From NCBI GenBank assembly GCA_963748625.1, contig CAVVJT010000002.1, forward strand, positions 32,001 through 96,000: 64,000 bases of DNA, given 5' to 3'. A program made the position numbers and the translations under genes. Below are positions 29,032 through 38,227 of the stretch, one piece after another. Under the pieces are notes generated by a model, which was not told the origin of the DNA, ran no database searches, and worked only from the letters and a program-made list of their open reading frames with translations. The DNA is from an uncultured Chloroflexia bacterium (GTDB lineage: Bacteria; Chloroflexota; Limnocylindria; Limnocylindrales; CSP1-4). How positions within the stretch are numbered: position 1 is the first letter of the stretch; each line of letters starts with the position of its first letter.

Positions 29032-29955
29032 TCAGGGTGAAGGGGACTCCCGGTTTGGGTTGGCCTGGTCGGGCGCGGCGGGGGTCGGACGCGGCTTCGG
29101 CGTGCGCTCCGGCTTCGGCGTGGCCTCGGGCTTGGGCTCCCTGGTGGGCTTGGGCGTGGCCTCGGGCTTGGGCTCCTTGGTGGGCTTCGGCGTGGCCTCG
29201 GGCTCGGGCGTCGGCTTGCCGGCCTGACCCCCGCCTGGCTGCCCGCCGCCCCCGCCTCCGGCGCCGCCCGATCCGCCGCCCGATCCGCCGCCCGCCGACA
29301 CCGTCTCGTCGAGGCGCACGATCAGCGTCTCGCTGTTGGCGATGGCCCGGTCGAGCCCGGCCGCTGCCGACGCCGGTGCATGCGCAAGCACCTCCACCAG
29401 GACGGCCCGGTGCACCCGGATCGCCTCGAGCGCCCGCTCGGCTCCCGGTCCCGTGGCCGATCCCAGCTCCTCGATGGCCTGTCCGTACGCTGCGAGCGAT
29501 GCCTCGAGCGCTCCCTCATCCCCGCGCGTCGACGCATCGACTGCCTCCGCGAGGCGGGTCTGGGCACGGGCGAGCTCCGCCTCCAGGCGTGAAGCTGGAT
29601 CGGAGGGGAGCGCCAGCTCCTCGAGGCCCAGCCGGGCGTCGTAGAGCGGGCCGCCAGCCCGCGAGGCCGCAAGCGTGGTCGAACCCACGAGCAGGCCGGC
29701 CAGCACCGCGGCTGCCAGCGTGCCGCTCAGGCGGCGCATGCTCCAGCCGGCGAACAGCCCTCGACGACGGGGTCCCACCACGGGCGCGCCAGTCCGTTCG
29801 AGGTGGCTCCTCCAGGCCGTGTCCATGATGGCGGCGCGCGCGCGCTTCGACGCGGCCGGGCTGGGATCCAGCCTGACCCGCGCATACCGCGCCAGTGTCC
29901 GTTCGAGCTCGTCCCCCGCGAACTCCTCGTGAACCGCCATCTCGTCCTCGTTCAC
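29032..29955 (-). CDS. Single-TM protein with DUF5667-like domain; putative anti-sigma partner
   Basis: Overlaps the ECF sigma stop; TM segment then AGGPLYDARLGLEE; C-terminal EATPKPT repeats. Confidence 0.65.
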   Translation of the reverse strand: MNEDEMAVHEEFAGDELERTLARYARVRLDPSPAASKRARAAIMDTAWRSHLERTGAPVVGPRRRGLFAGWSMRRLSGTLAAAVLAGLLVGSTTLAASRAGGPLYDARLGLEELALPSDPASRLEAELARAQTRLAEAVDASTRGDEGALEASLAAYGQAIEELGSATGPGAERALEAIRVHRAVLVEVLAHAPASAAAGLDRAIANSETLIVRLDETVSAGGGSGGGSGGAGGGGGGQPGGGQAGKPTPEPEATPKPTKEPKPEATPKPTREPKPEATPKPERTPKPRPTPAAPDQANPNRESPSP

Positions 29956-30551
29956 CGGGACTCCCCCGCAGCCCTCGGCAGCTCATCGGTCGCCGGGTCG
30001 ATACCCAGCTCCCGACGCAGCGCCGCGATGGCCCGGAACTGGAGACCGCGGACGGTCCCTTCCTGCCGGCCCATGGCCTCGGCTGCCTCCCGCGCGGACA
30101 GGCCCGCGAAGAACCGCAGCTCGATGGCCTCGCGCTGCTCCGGGGTCAGCCTTCGCAGCGCCCTGGCGACGCTCGCCATCTCCTGGCGGATCGCCGCCAG
30201 CTCGTCGGGCCCGTCCTCGTCGGTCGCCTGTTCGGCGATGATGTCGAGGTTCGAGTGTTCGCGACGGGTCCGAACATGGTCGATGACAACATTCCTGGCC
30301 AGCCGGAAGAGCCAGCCCCCGAAGGGGACGCCCCGCGCCTCGTAGCGCGGCAGCGCCTCCAGGGCCTTGACGAAGACGAGCTGCGCCAGGTCCTCCGCGT
30401 CGCTCGGGCGGCCGACGCGGGCGGCGATGAAGCGGTAGACCGGAGCGTGGTAGTGGTCGAACAGCGCCCCGAAGGCATCGGGGTCCCCGTGCTGCGCCCG
30501 TTCCACGAGGCGGTTGACCGCGTCGTCGTCGATCGTCATAACGACCTGCAC
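29952..30551 (-). CDS. ECF sigma-70 factor
   Basis: AEDLAQLVF, WLFRLARN, LTPEQREAIELRF and GTVRGLQFRA motifs. Confidence 0.93.
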   Translation of the reverse strand: MQVVMTIDDDAVNRLVERAQHGDPDAFGALFDHYHAPVYRFIAARVGRPSDAEDLAQLVFVKALEALPRYEARGVPFGGWLFRLARNVVIDHVRTRREHSNLDIIAEQATDEDGPDELAAIRQEMASVARALRRLTPEQREAIELRFFAGLSAREAAEAMGRQEGTVRGLQFRAIAALRRELGIDPATDELPRAAGESR

Positions 30552-30573
30552 GCCCCCGTGTTAGGTCTCGCGC

Positions 30574-31554
30574 CTAGGACAATGGTCGTAGGGGCAGGGC
30601 GACCGTTTCCCGTTCGCCCCCGCGGCGGAACGTGAGCGCCTCGAACCCGGCGCCTCCGACGTGACGATACGCCTCTGCCAGCCCGTACGCGAACCACGCG
30701 GTCCGGTGCGCGTCCGAGCCCACCGTGACGTGCTGCCCGCCCAGCTCACGGTACCGCGCGACGATCGCGGGTGACGGGTACGTCTCGCGCGCGAGCTGCC
30801 GCAGGCCCGATGCGTTGACCTCCAGCGCCGTCCCGCCCTCGACCATCGCGAGCAGGACCGGCTCGTACAGCTCCGGGGCCGCGGCAAGCTGCGCCGGCAT
30901 CACGTGGGGTACCAGGTAGCGCTTCACGAAGTCCATGTGGCCGATGGTGTCGAACAGGCCGGAGCGCGCCGCGCCGATGACCTCGTCGAAGTAGGGCGCA
31001 ACGATGTCCGGCAGGGACCGCCCGGCGACGAAGCCGCGGACGTTCGACGCCTTGTACGGCGAGACCTCGCTGATGTGGACGCTGCCGATCACGTAGTCGT
31101 GGGGATGGCGCGCCAGCCAGCCCCGGATCTCCTCCTCCAGGCGGCGCTCGTAGGTGACCTCGATGCCGAAGCGGATGGAAAGGCCGCGGTCCGCCCAGCG
31201 CCCAGCCGCCTCGCGCACGTCCCGTTCCCGGTCCAGGTACGACGAGAACCCGTAGGCGGGCATCGTCGGGTCGAAGTCCACGTGGTCGGTGATGGCCAGC
31301 TCCGCGATCCCCCGTTCGACCGCAAGCACGCAGTAGGCCTCGAGCATGGCGTTCGCGTCCGGCGAGCGCACCGTGTGCAGGTGGCTGTCGAGCGGCAGGT
31401 CGCGCGAGTCACCCAGACCCGCGGCAATGCCCGCGAGGTACACGTCGTGCTCGATGTCGGCGCGAGGGCGCGTATCGGCGGGGTCGGGGGTGCCGACGGG
31501 TCCTGCGGGTGCGGTGTGGCCCGAGTGCCGGTGGCCGTGATGGCGGCTGCTCAC
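30574..31554 (-). CDS. PHP-family histidinol-phosphatase (HisJ-like)
   Basis: DSHLHT, ITDH, GIEV, IGSVH, GHMD, LEVN and GSDAH motifs; GTGA overlap with the kbl stop. Confidence 0.85.
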   Translation of the reverse strand: MSSRHHGHRHSGHTAPAGPVGTPDPADTRPRADIEHDVYLAGIAAGLGDSRDLPLDSHLHTVRSPDANAMLEAYCVLAVERGIAELAITDHVDFDPTMPAYGFSSYLDRERDVREAAGRWADRGLSIRFGIEVTYERRLEEEIRGWLARHPHDYVIGSVHISEVSPYKASNVRGFVAGRSLPDIVAPYFDEVIGAARSGLFDTIGHMDFVKRYLVPHVMPAQLAAAPELYEPVLLAMVEGGTALEVNASGLRQLARETYPSPAIVARYRELGGQHVTVGSDAHRTAWFAYGLAEAYRHVGGAGFEALTFRRGGERETVALPLRPLS

Positions 31555-32786
31555 CCGGCGATCACGCCCAGCTCGCGGCCGACCTTCCCGAACGCCTCGA
31601 GGGCCGTGTCGAGCAGCTCGTCCGTGTGGGCGGCCGTGACGATGGTGCGGATGCGGGACTTGTCCATGGGGACCGTCGGGAAGACCACCGATGTGCCGAA
31701 GACGCCCTCCTCGAACAGGCGGTTCGAGAAGCGGATGGTCGTCGCGGGATCGCCCAGCATCACCGGGGTGATCGGCGTCTCGCTGCGTCCGATGTCGAAG
31801 CCCAGGCGGGCGAGCTCGGCCTTGAAGCGGCGCGTGTTGGCCCACAGGCGCTCGATCAGCTCGGGCTCCTCCACCATGATCCGGATCGCCTCGCGGCAGG
31901 GCTCCGCGACGGCCGGTGGGTGGCTGGTCGAGAACAGGAAGGGTCGAGCGCGCTGGGTCAGGATGTCGCGCAGGGCCGAGGACCCGGCCACATACCCGCC
32001 CAGGACGCCGACGGCCTTGGAGAGCGTGCCCACCTGGATGGCGACCCTTCCCTCGAGGCCGAAGTGGCTGACCGAGCCACGGCCGTCCCTGCCTAGGACA
32101 CCGCTCGCGTGCGCGTCATCGACCAGGACCGCGGCGCCGTACGCCTCGGCGGCATCCACGATGCCGGGCAGCGGCGCGATGTCGCCGTCCATCGAGAACA
32201 CACCATCGGTGACGACGAGGACCAGGCGGTGGGGCGTGCCCTGGTCGTCGCGGCCCTTCGAACGCGCCTCACCCAGGACCCGGCGGAGGTCGTCCACGTC
32301 GGCGTGCTTGTAGATGACGCGAGGCGCCTTCGAGAGCCGCATGCCGTCGATGATGCTGGCGTGGTTGAGCTCGTCCGACACGATCAGGTCGGTCTCGCCG
32401 GTGATCGTGGGGATGACCCCGGTGTTGGCCGTGAAGCCAGACTGGAACGTGAGGACCGCCTCCGTGTGCTTGAACGCGGCAAGCTCGGCCTCCAGCGCCT
32501 CGTGGGTGGTCATCGTCCCAGCGATGGTCCGGACCGCGCCGGACCCGGCACCGTACTGCTCCACCGCCCGGATGGCCGCCGCCTTCATGCGCGGGTGGTG
32601 CGACAGGCCCAGGTAGTCGTTGGAGCTCAGGCTGATGACGCGCCGGTCGTCGAGCGAGACGATCGGCCCCTGCGCTGAGGACATCACGCGCAGCGGGCGG
32701 TAGAGATGGCGCTCCCGGAGCGCGGCCAGCTCATCGTCGAGGTGGGCGAGCGGGTTGGCCATGGGGTTCGGCCTGGGGGTTGTCAT
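31551..32786 (-). CDS. kbl: Glycine C-acetyltransferase (2-amino-3-ketobutyrate CoA ligase), AONS family
   Basis: SSNDYLGL, DELNHASIIDG, DDAH and GTLSKA (PLP lysine); adjacent to tdh. Confidence 0.88.
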   Translation of the reverse strand: MTTPRPNPMANPLAHLDDELAALRERHLYRPLRVMSSAQGPIVSLDDRRVISLSSNDYLGLSHHPRMKAAAIRAVEQYGAGSGAVRTIAGTMTTHEALEAELAAFKHTEAVLTFQSGFTANTGVIPTITGETDLIVSDELNHASIIDGMRLSKAPRVIYKHADVDDLRRVLGEARSKGRDDQGTPHRLVLVVTDGVFSMDGDIAPLPGIVDAAEAYGAAVLVDDAHASGVLGRDGRGSVSHFGLEGRVAIQVGTLSKAVGVLGGYVAGSSALRDILTQRARPFLFSTSHPPAVAEPCREAIRIMVEEPELIERLWANTRRFKAELARLGFDIGRSETPITPVMLGDPATTIRFSNRLFEEGVFGTSVVFPTVPMDKSRIRTIVTAAHTDELLDTALEAFGKVGRELGVIAG

Positions 32787-32800
32787 GGTCGCCTCCCGCC

Positions 32801-33829
32801 TCACGCGGTCCAGTCGAGGAGGACCTTCCCGGAGTCACCGGAACGCGCCGCCGCGAACGCGGCCTCGTGCTCGGTGAACGGGAAGCGGTGGGTGATGCAC
32901 GGCTTGATGTCCATGCCGGACTGGAGCATCACGGTCATCTTGTACCAGGTCTCGTACATCTCCCGGCCGTAGATGCCCCGGATGGTCAGCAGCTTGAAGA
33001 CGATCTCGTTGACGTCGATGCTGATGTCCTGGGTGGGGATGCCCAGGATCGCGATCGAGCCGCCGTGGGCCATGCCGTCCATCATCGACCTGATGGCGGC
33101 GGGGTTGCCGGACATCTCCAGGCCCACGTCGAAGCCCTCGACCATGCCCAGCTCGGCCTGGACGTCCGCGAGGTTCTCCACGCGGGGGTCCAGCGTCCTG
33201 GTCGCGCCCATCCGGGCGGCGAGCGCACGGCGGACCGGGTTGGGCTCGCTGACCACGACGTGGCGGGCGCCGGCATGACGGACGACGGCGGTGGCCATCA
33301 GGCCGATGGGGCCGGCGCCGGTGATGACCACGTCCTCGCCCAGCACGGGGAAGGCGAGGGCCGTGTGCACCGCATTCCCGAACGGGTCGAAGATCGCGGC
33401 AACCTCCTCGTCGACGCCCGGCCAGTGGTGCCACACGTTGGTCATCGGCAGGGCCACGTACTGCGCGAAGGCCCCGTCCCGCCCCACACCCAGGCCGACG
33501 GTGTTGGCGCACAGGTGGCGCCGACCGGCCAGGCAGTGCCGGCAGCGTCCGCAGGTCACGTGGCCCTCACCTGACACGATGTCGCCGAGGTGGAAGTCCA
33601 CGACGTTCGAGCCCGTCTCCACGATCTCGCCCACGAACTCGTGGCCGGCGATCAGCGGAGGCTGGATCGTCTTGGCGGCCCACGGATCCCAGGACTCGAT
33701 GTGCAGGTCCGTGCCGCAGATGCCGGTCCTGCGCACCTTGATCAGCACGTCGTTGATGCCGATCACGGGGTTCGGGACGGTCTGCAGCGAGAGGCCAGGT
33801 CCGGGCGCGGTCTTGACCAGGGCGAGCAT
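32801..33829 (-). CDS. tdh: L-threonine 3-dehydrogenase
   Basis: [30 protein letters not shown] and [11 protein letters not shown] motifs. Confidence 0.97.
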   Translation of the reverse strand: MLALVKTAPGPGLSLQTVPNPVIGINDVLIKVRRTGICGTDLHIESWDPWAAKTIQPPLIAGHEFVGEIVETGSNVVDFHLGDIVSGEGHVTCGRCRHCLAGRRHLCANTVGLGVGRDGAFAQYVALPMTNVWHHWPGVDEEVAAIFDPFGNAVHTALAFPVLGEDVVITGAGPIGLMATAVVRHAGARHVVVSEPNPVRRALAARMGATRTLDPRVENLADVQAELGMVEGFDVGLEMSGNPAAIRSMMDGMAHGGSIAILGIPTQDISIDVNEIVFKLLTIRGIYGREMYETWYKMTVMLQSGMDIKPCITHRFPFTEHEAAFAAARSGDSGKVLLDWTA

Positions 33830-33877
33830 GGGTCGGCTCCTGTTCGGTGTTGGCCGCGACGTCGGCCGTGGCGTCCG

Positions 33878-34852
33878 TCAGGGGAGCGGGCGGGGATCCT
33901 CGGTCCAGTCCATGACGGGATTCTCCACCATGCCGATCCCCTCGATCTCGACGCGGGCGCGATCGCCGGGCTCCAGGAACACGGGCGGGTCCCGGAATAC
34001 CCCGACGCCTGCCGGGGTGCCGGTGGCGATCAGGTCGCCGGGTTCCAGGGTGACGTGGCGCGAGATGAAGCTCACCAGCGCGGGCACGTCCCAGATCATG
34101 TCGGCCGTGCTCCCGTCCTGCATCAGGACCGGCTCCGAGTCCTCGCCGGCGGGGATGCGCCAGCTGCGGACGGCAAGGCCGGCCTTCGGGTCGAGGTCGT
34201 CGGGGGTGACCATGGTGGGACCGATGGGCAGGAAGGTGTCCGAGCCCTTGGCGCGCAGCCACTGGCCGTCGCCCTTCTCGCCCTTGTGCAGTGCCGCTGG
34301 GTTGCCCTGCCAGTCCCGTGCGCTCACGTCGTTGACCACGACGTACCCGGCGACGCAGGCCATGGCGTCCGCTTCGACGACCCTGCGTGCGGTCCTGCCG
34401 ATGACGACCCCCAGCTCCGCCTCCAGGTCGAGGGCGCGCGTGCCCTCCGGCCGGACGATGGCCTCGCCGTCACCGATCACCGTGTTGGCGAACTTGGCGA
34501 AGAGCATCGGGCGGTCCGGGACGGACCGGCCGCCCTCCTTGACGTGGTCGGCGTAGTTGAGCCCCACGCAGACGATCTTGCCCGTGGTGATGTCGTTGAG
34601 CGCCGGCGCCGGGATCCGGTCGTCGAGGTTGCGCAGGGGGGCGCCCTTCTTGAGGGCCCGCTTTGCCGCACGGTCAAGCTCGCCCAGCCAGTCATCCTCG
34701 AAGCCCAGCTGAAAGCCGATGCCCAGGTGGGTGTCGATGGCGGGGTCCAGGCCGCCCCGCTTCTCCAGCTGCGATCCGGTGAGGAGGCGGCCCATGACCA
34801 GCACGCCGAGGCGCTCGTCCCCGAAGCGGTCGTAGTAGGCGTACAGGCGCAT
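33878..34852 (-). CDS. Fumarylacetoacetate hydrolase family protein
   Basis: CVGLNYADH, EAELGVVIG, NDVSARDWQ and PGDLIATGTP motifs. Confidence 0.93.
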   Translation of the reverse strand: MRLYAYYDRFGDERLGVLVMGRLLTGSQLEKRGGLDPAIDTHLGIGFQLGFEDDWLGELDRAAKRALKKGAPLRNLDDRIPAPALNDITTGKIVCVGLNYADHVKEGGRSVPDRPMLFAKFANTVIGDGEAIVRPEGTRALDLEAELGVVIGRTARRVVEADAMACVAGYVVVNDVSARDWQGNPAALHKGEKGDGQWLRAKGSDTFLPIGPTMVTPDDLDPKAGLAVRSWRIPAGEDSEPVLMQDGSTADMIWDVPALVSFISRHVTLEPGDLIATGTPAGVGVFRDPPVFLEPGDRARVEIEGIGMVENPVMDWTEDPRPLP

Positions 34853-34882
34853 GGGCGTTCGCGATCCTTCCTGGGTGCCGGT

Positions 34883-35725
34883 CTAGTCGCCGGCCGACGG
34901 GGTCGGCGTCGGGACCAGGCACTGGGGCTCCGGCGGTGCGACGAAGCGGCCGTCGACCACGCGCTCACCATAGCGAGTGTAGAAGTCGTAGGCCTCTGCC
35001 GAATCGAGCGAATCGAGGTACAGCACGCGATTCCACACGAGCGCAGCGTACTTGGTCGGCATGTCCTCGAACCGGGCGATCACGGGCCCGACGTCGCCGG
35101 CCGGCAGCTTGCAGACGGCGCTCTCCGGGAAGCCCTGGTCGAAGGCGGCCAGGGCCGCAAGTCCGGCCTCATCGCAGGCACCCTGCTCGCAGGAGTACAG
35201 GAGCACGAGGCCGCCGTGCTCGAGGTTGTGGACCCAGCCGTTGGGCTCGCTCTTGTCCTCGGGGCCGTACACCTGCGGCTTGAGCGGGCCGAACCCGGGG
35301 TTGTTGAGGTGCTTGCCGGAGGCCGGCGGGCAGACGGGGTAGGTGACCTTGTCGCCGCGGTTCACGTGGCCGTTGCCCTGGTCGGGCTGGACCTGACCGA
35401 GCTCGCCGTCCGCAGCGGGCTTGACCTTCTCGATGCTGCTGCAGGCGTAGGCGGGCGCCGCGGCGCTCGAGAAGACCCAGGCGCCGACGCCTGCGACGAG
35501 CGCGACGACGACGATGGCGAGAATTGGGGTGCGCAGGCGCTGCAGGAGCGGGGGCTTCTCGGCGGCGCGGCTGGGGCGGGGGGTGTGGCGGCGGCCGGCA
35601 CGCCTGGAGCCGGTGGGGCTGGAGGAGCCGGTGGGGTTCGAGCCCTGGTGGTTCGAGCCCTGGGGGCGGCCGCCTCCCTGCGGCACGTCGGACGAGGAGG
35701 GCTTGGGGCGCTTCGGCTCAGACAC
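34883..35725 (-). CDS. DUF3105-like membrane-anchored protein
   Basis: TM segment followed by PPASGKH and VHNLEHG motifs. Confidence 0.85.
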   Translation of the reverse strand: MSEPKRPKPSSSDVPQGGGRPQGSNHQGSNPTGSSSPTGSRRAGRRHTPRPSRAAEKPPLLQRLRTPILAIVVVALVAGVGAWVFSSAAAPAYACSSIEKVKPAADGELGQVQPDQGNGHVNRGDKVTYPVCPPASGKHLNNPGFGPLKPQVYGPEDKSEPNGWVHNLEHGGLVLLYSCEQGACDEAGLAALAAFDQGFPESAVCKLPAGDVGPVIARFEDMPTKYAALVWNRVLYLDSLDSAEAYDFYTRYGERVVDGRFVAPPEPQCLVPTPTPSAGD

Positions 35726-36040
35726 TGGTGGGACGCTCCGGTGATGCTGGGTCGGTGGCGAACGGGACGGGTCATCGCCGTGGGGGAAGCGTAGCGCAGC
35801 GTGGCGCAGGACCCCGTCCCGCGGCCCGGCCGTCGCCGGGCCGGAGCCCGGCCCGCCCGCGGGCCGCCCGCCTCGCCGTGAGGTGGCCGATTCCATCCGC
35901 AGGAGGATGAAACCGCCGCCTCATCCGCGTGGGAATCGAATCCGAGCGGACCGTGCAGGGGTCAGACCGCGGAGTCGGGGTTCGGCCCCCGACCTCCGCA
36001 CGCCCCAGGCGGATTTCACCACGGGGATCGTTGGCCGAAT

Positions 36041-36105
36041 CCATCCGCGCAGGAATGGCCGGCCGGATCCATCCGCGCAGGAATGGCCGGCCGGATCCAT
36101 GCGCG
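36041..36105. repeat. 28-bp tandem repeat x2+
   Basis: GGCCGGATCCATCCGCGCAGGAATGGCC repeated. Confidence 0.75.
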
Positions 36106-36155
36106 TGCGTGAGGAGAAGGCCCGCGTGCGTGCGGCGAAGGCGGGACCCGCAGGC

Positions 36156-36527
36156 CTACGGCTCGTTGAGCCAGGAGCGGACGTCCGGCCGGGTCAACCC
36201 GAAGAAGAGCAGCGCCGCCAGGACGGCCATCACCAGCGCCATGATCGGCTGCGCTGCAAGCAGCCCAAGCGGGATGGCCGGGATCGTCAGCGTGGACAGG
36301 CCGAGGGCAAGTCCGCGTGATGCCTGCTTGCGTTGCAGGACCAGCGTGGTCGTGAAGATCGTGTAGGCGAGCAGGATCATCACCACGATCCCAGGCAGCG
36401 AGATCGGAGCGCTGATGGCCTGGTCGATGACCCAGCGCAGCGACAGCCCGATCAGGCCGAGGACGAGGAACGCATAGCCGAGGAAGATGCGGATGCCGCC
36501 GGGCATCGCGAGGAAGGTGCTGAGCAT
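36156..36527 (-). CDS. Small 4-TM membrane protein
   Basis: Four hydrophobic helices; -10-like CATCAT 6 nt before ATG 36527. Confidence 0.75.
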   Translation of the reverse strand: MLSTFLAMPGGIRIFLGYAFLVLGLIGLSLRWVIDQAISAPISLPGIVVMILLAYTIFTTTLVLQRKQASRGLALGLSTLTIPAIPLGLLAAQPIMALVMAVLAALLFFGLTRPDVRSWLNEP

Positions 36528-36853
36528 GGGGGCATGATGCCACCGGGAGTCGAACGTACGCCCGCCGCGAACGCACGCCCGCTGCTGGCCGATCAAGCGC
36601 CGGCCGATCAGGCGCCCAGGGCTGCTGCCACGGCCCACCACGGCCCACGTGGGGGGCGTTTCGGGCCGTGCTGAGCGTGTCGTGCGGGCGAAACCTCGGG
36701 TTCTCGACGCGGCGTGTGCGTGCGAGGAGCGGATATGGCCCCCAGGTGGGGCGCGCCGCTGGGGCGCGCCGCGGGCGAGCAGCAGGGATCCCCGGCCAAC
36801 CGCCCGATCCACCGCGATCCGGCCCTCGCCGCCGAACCCGAATCACAACACGC

Positions 36854-36912
36854 TTGACACCACGCGGATACGCCACTAATCTCCGCTAAACCGGTTTGCT
36901 AAACCGGTTTGC
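36854..36912 (+). promoter_or_regulatory. Sigma70 promoter plus two tandem LacI-type operators
   Basis: TTGACA(36854)-17-TAATCT(36877); AAACCGGTTT palindromes at 36888 and 36901. Confidence 0.85.
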
Positions 36913-36969
36913 ATCACCGAACCGGCACCTGCCCACAACCCGGGCGCCCGGCTCGACACCGAGGAGAAC

Positions 36970-38046
36970 GTGGACCAGGGCACCCCCCGACGCGCGCGCA
37001 TTGCCGACGTCGCCCGCGAAGCGGGCGTCTCGAAGACGGCGGTGTCGTTCGCGTTCAACAGCCCCGACCGGCTCTCGCCCGAGACGGCCAGCCGGATCCT
37101 CGATATCGCGGATTCCCTCGGCTACCGGCCCCACCCGGTGGCCAGGATGCTGACCCAGCGCCAGACCCACACGCTGGGCGTCCTCACGCCGCAGGCGCTG
37201 TCGGTGATCTTCTCGAACCCCTACTTCGGCGCCTTCTCGGAAGGTGTCGCGCTGGCGGCCGAGCGCGATGGCTACGCGCTCCACTTCATCTCGCCGCTTC
37301 ACGGGTCCCTGGCCCGCGCGATGGGTCGGGCCACGGTGGACGGGGTCGTGGCGGTGGGCCTCAGCGCCAGGCACCCCGAGGTGGAGCAGATCCGGGCCGC
37401 CGGCCTGCCGCTCGTGATGGTGGACTCCACGGCGCTGCCGGACCAGCCGGCTGTGCAGGTCAACGACGAGGGTGGGGCGCGTGCCGCCGCCGAGCACCTG
37501 CTGAGCCTGGGCCACCGGAACATCCTGGTCACCGGCATCGAGCCGCCCGAAGCCGGCGAGATCATGGACCAGGACGGCGTCACCGCCCGTCGCCTGCGCG
37601 GCTACCAGGCAGCATTCACCGCCCGCGGCCTGGCGCTCGACCCGCAGGCCGTCATCGTCGCGCCCGCCACCATCGAGGGCGGCATCAGCGTGATGCGCCG
37701 GGCCTGGGACGATGGCCTGCGTCCAACGGCGGTGCTCGCCATGTCGGACGCCATGGCCATCGGCGTCCTGCGCGCCGCGCGCGAGCTGGGCCTGCGGGTG
37801 CCGGAGGACCTGTCGGTCGTCGGGTTCGACGACATCGACATCAGCCAGCACACCAACCCGCCCCTCACCACCGTGCACCAGCCGATCCGCCAGAAGGGCG
37901 AGAGCGCGGTGCGCCTTCTCCTGTCCGTCGTCGAACGACGGGATCCAACCCCCGAGCAGCTCCGCCTGGAGACGCGGCTGGTGATCCGCGGTTCCACGGG
38001 GCCGGCGCCGCGCACGCGGCAGGAGGTGGAACGGGCCCGAGGCTGA
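36970..38046 (+). CDS. LacI-family transcriptional regulator
   Basis: IADVAREAGVSKTAVS, VPEDLSVVGFDD and LTTVHQP motifs. Confidence 0.97.
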   Translation: MDQGTPRRARIADVAREAGVSKTAVSFAFNSPDRLSPETASRILDIADSLGYRPHPVARMLTQRQTHTLGVLTPQALSVIFSNPYFGAFSEGVALAAERDGYALHFISPLHGSLARAMGRATVDGVVAVGLSARHPEVEQIRAAGLPLVMVDSTALPDQPAVQVNDEGGARAAAEHLLSLGHRNILVTGIEPPEAGEIMDQDGVTARRLRGYQAAFTARGLALDPQAVIVAPATIEGGISVMRRAWDDGLRPTAVLAMSDAMAIGVLRAARELGLRVPEDLSVVGFDDIDISQHTNPPLTTVHQPIRQKGESAVRLLLSVVERRDPTPEQLRLETRLVIRGSTGPAPRTRQEVERARG

Positions 38047-38227
38047 CGACGCAGGAGTCTGCGGCACGGGCCTGAGCAGGCCCGGGGGGTCCGCGCCGGG
38101 ACACCGGCGTGGCACTGCCGCCGCTCCCACCAGGTTCAGGACCGGACCCGGTCCGACAGCGATCCGCTCCGCGGGTCGCATGCCACTAGGCAACCCACAT
38201 GGTTTTCTTGAGGAGACCTACACCAGG

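Noticed and set aside
35885-36035. Multi-hairpin intergenic stretch as a riboswitch upstream of the DUF3105-like gene
   Set aside because: Hairpins are present, but I recognise no aptamer consensus; GC content alone could explain them.
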